Shown one piece after another: positions 59,537-64,000 of a stretch of DNA of 64,000 nucleotides. The translations under genes and the position numbers were made by a program. Source of the DNA: an uncultured Actinomycetes bacterium. GTDB lineage: Bacteria; Actinomycetota; Acidimicrobiia; IMCC26256; PALSA-610. Within the stretch, counting starts at the first letter, position 1. Each line of letters begins with the position of its first letter. The stretch spans positions 198,622 through 262,621 of the forward strand of contig CAVXFZ010000021.1 in the NCBI GenBank assembly GCA_963761175.1, read 5' to 3'. The notes beneath the pieces are model-generated. The model did no database searches. It worked only from the letters and a program-made list of their open reading frames with translations, and was not told where the DNA came from.

Positions 59537-61200
59537 AGCTTCGCAAGCACGACGAGAGCGGGTTCGCGCTCGCGACGGTGATGATCGTGTCCCTCGTGCT
59601 GAGCATGCTCGCCCTCGCCACGCTCGATTACGGCATCGGCTCGCAGAACATCAGCCACCACGACCAGAACTGGAACGCCGCGCTCGCCGCCGCGGAGGCG
59701 GGGATCGACGACTACGTGTTCCGCCTCAACGACAACGGCAACTACTGGCAGTACAACGCGACCAACCCGCCGCCCGACGGGAACCAGGCGTTCACGAAGT
59801 ACGTCCAGGTGTCGGGCAGCAAGACGACGTCGAAGTTCCGCTACGACGTCGACACGTCGAAGCTCGCGACGAACGGCACGATCGCGATCAGCTCGACCGG
59901 GCGAGTCGGCAACGCGGCCCGGACGGTGCGTGCGTCGCTGCGCCGTCGCAGCTTCCTGGACTATCTCTACTTCACCGACTACGAGACGGTCGATCCGGCC
60001 CTGTACACCGGATCACCGTTCACGCCCGCGCAGGCGCAGACGTACTGCGCGCTGCACTACTACGGCGGATTCGGCAACCAGCGCGACGAGCCGAGCCGCT
60101 CCGACTTCAACTTCGACAGCGATTCCAACGGCAAGTACTGCGCCGACATCGTCTTCGTCGCTGCCGACAAGATCAACGGCCCGATGCACACGAACGACGC
60201 GTTCATGGTGTGCGGCACGCCCGAGTTCCTCGGCGACACGTCGACCAGCTGGACGGGTTCGGGTGGCGTGCGTTACCGCGACGGCTGCCCGACGAGCCAC
60301 CCGGTGTTCGCCAACCCCGGCGACCCCGTGTACGCGACACCGCTGACGATGCCCCCGAGCAACTCGTCGATCAAGGCGTCGACCGACTCCGGAACCGGCG
60401 GTTGCCTCTACACCGGCCCGACACGCATCAAGCTCCTCGCGAACGGGCAGATGACCGTGAACAGCCCGTTCTCGAAGCAGACGAACAACGCGGCCTGTCC
60501 GAAGAACGGGACCGCGCCCCTGCCGACCGACGGCGTGATCTACGTCCAGAACGTGCCTTCGACGAGCAGCGATCCCAACTACGCGAACGGCTGCCCGTAC
60601 AGCGTGAACGGCCGCAGCCACCCGCTCGGCATGCCGATCTCGAACGACAAGAACACCTACGGCTGCCGTAACGGCGACGTCTTCATCGAGGGATCGCTCA
60701 ACGGACAGCTCACGGTCGCGGCGGAGAACAACATCGAGATCACGTGGAACCTGCAGTACAACAGCGGCGTCTCCGGCACCGATCTGCTCGGCCTGATCGC
60801 GAACAACTTCATCGAGGTGTACCACCCGGTGAGGTGCTCGAGCGGCACGTCGTCGGGCTGCAACCTCAACGCCAACTTCCCGAACGAGACGCCCCGCAAC
60901 GCTACATTCAGCTCGCCGACCATCCAGGCCGCGATGCTGTCGCTCAGCCACTCGATCCGCGTGCAGGAGTGGGCGGTCGGGGCGCCGCTCGGCACGTTGC
61001 ACGTCAACGGTGTGATCGCGCAGCGCTACCGCGGGCCGGTAGGCACGAACAGCGGCGGCACGATCGTGTCGGGATTCGTGAAGGATTACAACTACGACCT
61101 CCGGCTGAAATACCTGTCGCCGCCGAAGTTCCTCGACCCGGTCGCTTCGCAGTGGGGCATCGTCACCTGGGCGGAGATCACGGTCCCGAACGGTTACTGA
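59533..61200 (+). CDS. Large pseudopilin-like protein with PilX-N-like N-terminus and about 500-aa uncharacterised C-terminal domain
   Basis: ATGA overlap. MKLRKHDESG|FALATVMIVSLVLSMLALA (no Glu+5, as in GspK/PilX-type minor pilins), then ALAAAEAGIDDY. Several Cys pairs. No family recognised for the remainder. Confidence 0.7.
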   Translation: MKLRKHDESGFALATVMIVSLVLSMLALATLDYGIGSQNISHHDQNWNAALAAAEAGIDDYVFRLNDNGNYWQYNATNPPPDGNQAFTKYVQVSGSKTTSKFRYDVDTSKLATNGTIAISSTGRVGNAARTVRASLRRRSFLDYLYFTDYETVDPALYTGSPFTPAQAQTYCALHYYGGFGNQRDEPSRSDFNFDSDSNGKYCADIVFVAADKINGPMHTNDAFMVCGTPEFLGDTSTSWTGSGGVRYRDGCPTSHPVFANPGDPVYATPLTMPPSNSSIKASTDSGTGGCLYTGPTRIKLLANGQMTVNSPFSKQTNNAACPKNGTAPLPTDGVIYVQNVPSTSSDPNYANGCPYSVNGRSHPLGMPISNDKNTYGCRNGDVFIEGSLNGQLTVAAENNIEITWNLQYNSGVSGTDLLGLIANNFIEVYHPVRCSSGTSSGCNLNANFPNETPRNATFSSPTIQAAMLSLSHSIRVQEWAVGAPLGTLHVNGVIAQRYRGPVGTNSGGTIVSGFVKDYNYDLRLKYLSPPKFLDPVASQWGIVTWAEITVPNGY

Positions 61201-61282
61201 GACCTCGATCCGGGCGGGCCGCGGGCCGCGGGCCGGGATCGCGCGCCGCCCAAACGATCACCGGTCCGGCGGGGCGCGCCGG

Positions 61283-61288
61283 TAGCAT
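61283..61288 (+). promoter_or_regulatory. Candidate -10 (TAGCAT) for a (near-)leaderless hisS transcript
   Basis: TAGCAT, then 8 nt, then ATG 61297. No SD. Confidence 0.3.
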
Positions 61289-61296
61289 CGACCCCC

Positions 61297-62580
61297 ATGT
61301 CCGAGTCCGGAGGGGTCTTCCGCGCGCCCTACGGCACGCACGATGTCCTCGCGCCCGAGTCCGACCGCTGGCAGGCGCTCGTCGCCCGCTTCGCGGACCG
61401 GGCCCGGCGCTTCGGCTACGGGCTGGTGGTGACGCCGATCTTCGAGCACGCGGAGGTGTTCCACCGGGTCGGTGAGCAGACCGACGTCGTCAGCAAGGAG
61501 ATGTACGAGTTCTCCGACCGGGGCGGGCGGCGACTCGCGCTGCGGCCGGAGGGCACCGCGTCGGTGGTGCGGGCGTTCGTGCAGCACCACCCGCCGGTGC
61601 CGTGGAAGTGCTGGTACCTCGCGCCGAACTTCCGGGCCGAACGGCCGCAGAAGGGCCGGTACCGCCAGCACTACCAGCTCGGGGCGGAGGTGCTCGGGGT
61701 CGACGACCCCGACGTCGACGTCGAGATGATCAGTCTGCTCGCGGGCTTCCTGCGCGACGACCTCGGGCTCTCGGGGCTGCGGCTGCTGCTGAACTCGATG
61801 GGCGACGCGGAAAGCCGCGCCCGGCACCGAGACGTGCTGCTCGCGTACTTCGCCGAGCACGCCCACCTGCTCGGCGACGACATGGCGCGCGCCGAGCTCA
61901 ACCCGCTGCGCATCCTCGATTCGAAGCGCCCCGACTGGCAGGCGATGCTCGACGCCGCCCCGCAGCTGGGCCATCACCTGAGCGACGAGTCGGCCGAGCA
62001 CTTCGCGCGAGTGCAGGCAGGCCTCGGGGCGCTCGGAATTCCGTACGAGATCGCGCCGCGGCTCGTACGCGGCTTCGACTACTACACGCGCACCACGTTC
62101 GAGGTTCAGAGCGACGCGATCGACGCGGCCCAGAACGCGCTCGGCGGCGGTGGACGCTACGACCGGCTCGCGCAAGACATGGGCGGGCCGCCGACGCCGT
62201 CGATCGGCTTCGGCGCCGGCATCGAGCGCATCCTGCTCGCGTGCGACGCCGACGGCGCGCTGCCCGCGCCGGCGCGGCGGGTCGACGTGTTCGTCGTCGA
62301 CATGCTGGGCAACGAGGATGCCGCCGTCCTGCTGCAGGAACTGCGCAGCCGCGGGCTCGCGGCCGATCGCGCCTACGGGGGACGCTCGGTGAAGAAGCAG
62401 TGGGCCGCAGCCGACAAGTCGGGCGCAGCCTTCGGCGTGATGCTCGCACCGAAGGAGGCCGCGGCTGGGCGGGTCGGCGTGAAGGACCTCGTGTCGGGCG
62501 AGCAGGTAGAGATCGAACGCAGCGAGGTCGCGGGCTGGCTGCTCGCGCGACCCATGGGATCGGAGCACGAGTCCAGATGA
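61297..62580 (+). CDS. hisS: Histidine--tRNA ligase
   Basis: 427 aa, class II motifs ...RLALRPEGTASVVRAF..., YYTRTTFEV, GGGRYDRL, GFGAGIERI. Confidence 0.95.
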   Translation: MSESGGVFRAPYGTHDVLAPESDRWQALVARFADRARRFGYGLVVTPIFEHAEVFHRVGEQTDVVSKEMYEFSDRGGRRLALRPEGTASVVRAFVQHHPPVPWKCWYLAPNFRAERPQKGRYRQHYQLGAEVLGVDDPDVDVEMISLLAGFLRDDLGLSGLRLLLNSMGDAESRARHRDVLLAYFAEHAHLLGDDMARAELNPLRILDSKRPDWQAMLDAAPQLGHHLSDESAEHFARVQAGLGALGIPYEIAPRLVRGFDYYTRTTFEVQSDAIDAAQNALGGGGRYDRLAQDMGGPPTPSIGFGAGIERILLACDADGALPAPARRVDVFVVDMLGNEDAAVLLQELRSRGLAADRAYGGRSVKKQWAAADKSGAAFGVMLAPKEAAAGRVGVKDLVSGEQVEIERSEVAGWLLARPMGSEHESR

Positions 62581-64000
62581 TGCGTACGCACCGCGCCGGC
62601 GACCTCCGGCTCGCGGACGAGGGGAGTGAAGTCACACTCTGCGGCTGGGTCGCGCACCGTCGCGACCACGGCGGTGTGATCTTCCTCGACGTGCGCGACG
62701 TCGCGGGCATCGTGCAGGTGGTCGTCGACCCGGCCGTCGAGGGATGCGAGGCGGCCCGCCGCGTGCGCGCGGAGTGGGTGCTGCGGATCGAGGGTGCCGT
62801 CCGCGCGCGGCCGTCCGGAACTGCGAACGCCGACATGGTCACGGGCGAGGTCGAGGTCGCGGCGAGCGCGGTGTCGGTGCTCTCGGAATCGGAGCCGATC
62901 CCGTTCCCGCTCGACGACCGCACCGACGTCGACGAGGTGCTTCGGCTCCGCTACCGCTATCTCGATCTGCGCCGCGCGCCGATGCAGCGCAACCTGCGTA
63001 CGCGCGCCGCGGTGAACGCGGGCATACGCGCCGCGATGGACGCCGAAGGGTTCGTGGAGATCGAGACGCCGATGCTCATCGCGTCGACGCCTGAGGGTTC
63101 GCGCGACTTCGTGGTGCCGTCGCGCCTGCAACCGGGCTCGTTCTACGCCCTACCGCAGAGCCCTCAGCTCTTCAAGCAGCTGCTCATGGTCGGCGGCTTC
63201 GACCGCTACTACCAGATCGCCCGCTGCATGCGCGACGAAGACCTGCGCGCCGACCGGCAGTTCGAGTTCGTCCAGCTCGACGCGGAGATGAGCTTCGCCG
63301 AGCAGGACGACGTGCTCGCAGTGATCTCACGCGCAGTGCTCGCGGCCGCGGAAGCGGTGCGCGGCGAGGCCCCCCCACCGGTCGAGCGGATGACGTGGCT
63401 CGAATCGATGGAGCAGTACGGCACCGACAAGCCCGACCTCCGATTCGCGATGACGCTCGTCGACCTCGCCGAGGTCTTCGCGGCGACGGAGTTCCGCGCG
63501 TTCGCCGGCGCGGAGTGCGTGAAGGGTATCTGTGTCGCGGGCGGCGGCGACGCGGGGCGGTCGCGTCTCGACGCGCTCGTCGATCGGGCGAAGGAGCTCG
63601 GCGCGGCCGGTCTGGTGTGGATGCGGGTGAACGCGGAAGGCCGGCTCGAGTCGCCGGTGGTGAAGTTCCTCTCGGAGGCCGAGCAGCTCGGCCTCGGCGA
63701 CGCGCTCGGCGCGCGCCCCGGCGACCTGTTGCTCATCGCGGCGGGGCCGCGCGCGACGACACGCGCCGTGCTCGGCCAGATCCGCCTCGACCTCGGGCGC
63801 CCGCCGGTCGGCGACGGGCCGCTGCGGTTCGTGTGGGTCGTCGACTTCCCGCTCTTCGAGGGGCTCGGCGACGACGGCCGGCCGACCCCTGCCCACCACC
63901 CGTTCACGATGCCGCATCCCGACGACCTCGACCGGCTCGAATCGGATCCGCTGTCGGTGCGGTCGCAGTCGTACGACTTGGTGGTGAACGGATGGGAGCT
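62577..64000 (+). CDS. aspS: Aspartate--tRNA ligase, 5' part (continues beyond window)
   Basis: ATG 62577 (ATGA overlap with the hisS stop). My own translation gives [25 protein letters not shown]..., [39 protein letters not shown]. Absent from the ORF track because it has no stop in the window. Confidence 0.93.
   Translation, partial: MMRTHRAGDLRLADEGSEVTLCGWVAHRRDHGGVIFLDVRDVAGIVQVVVDPAVEGCEAARRVRAEWVLRIEGAVRARPSGTANADMVTGEVEVAASAVSVLSESEPIPFPLDDRTDVDEVLRLRYRYLDLRRAPMQRNLRTRAAVNAGIRAAMDAEGFVEIETPMLIASTPEGSRDFVVPSRLQPGSFYALPQSPQLFKQLLMVGGFDRYYQIARCMRDEDLRADRQFEFVQLDAEMSFAEQDDVLAVISRAVLAAAEAVRGEAPPPVERMTWLESMEQYGTDKPDLRFAMTLVDLAEVFAATEFRAFAGAECVKGICVAGGGDAGRSRLDALVDRAKELGAAGLVWMRVNAEGRLESPVVKFLSEAEQLGLGDALGARPGDLLLIAAGPRATTRAVLGQIRLDLGRPPVGDGPLRFVWVVDFPLFEGLGDDGRPTPAHHPFTMPHPDDLDRLESDPLSVRSQSYDLVVNGWE

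Overview
This window is a high-GC (about 70% by eye) actinobacterial core-chromosome segment. It is densely coded, and many genes are joined by ATGA/GTGA/TGATG start-stop overlaps. All protein names come from motif recognition in the supplied translations, because no searches could be run.

Gene order:
- Cell division cluster: murD'-ftsW-murG-murC-murB-ftsQ-ftsZ-yggS-sepF-yggT-divIVA.
- ileS (-), a repeat-rich L,D-transpeptidase, a histone-tail/DksA zinc-finger protein, lspA-rluD, an Rrf2 regulator (-), an AlkP-family protein and dnaE.
- An F420-type LLM oxidoreductase (-), an ECF sigma/anti-sigma pair (-), an F420 reductase and mshC.
- thrS-HIT, then an inserted block (membrane protein, mscL, EF-G-like (-), secreted GH-A hydrolase), then pgsA-acyltransferase-pimA.
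- lemA-htpX-DUF3048, pdxS-pdxT-yebC, bcp and coxS-coxL-coxM-mocA-coxG.
- ruvCAB, a crotonase, yajC-secD-secF, apt, rel, three pseudopilin-like genes, hisS and aspS'.

The Actinobacteria assignment rests on mshC, the PI/PIM genes, sepF/divIVA and a perfect TCGAAC-N4-GTTCGA LexA box. I found no rRNA, tRNA, CRISPR array, transposase, integrase or recognisable defence system, so this is mostly ordinary core genome.

Items worth a second look:
1. An orphan three-gene pseudopilin operon between rel and hisS.
2. Frame disruptions in at least nine otherwise intact genes, including ruvB and yajC, all inside GC-only tracts. Assembly error is more likely than gene decay.
3. A 99-bp tandem repeat carrying hairpins upstream of ftsZ.
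4. A 17-bp stem-loop that buries the yggS start codon.
5. Twin palindromes upstream of dnaE.
6. A recurring leaderless-promoter geometry, with a TANNNT hexamer 6-8 nt before the start codon.
7. A six-blade-repeat L,D-transpeptidase.

I could not identify a clearly novel multi-gene system. The pseudopilin operon is the best candidate.
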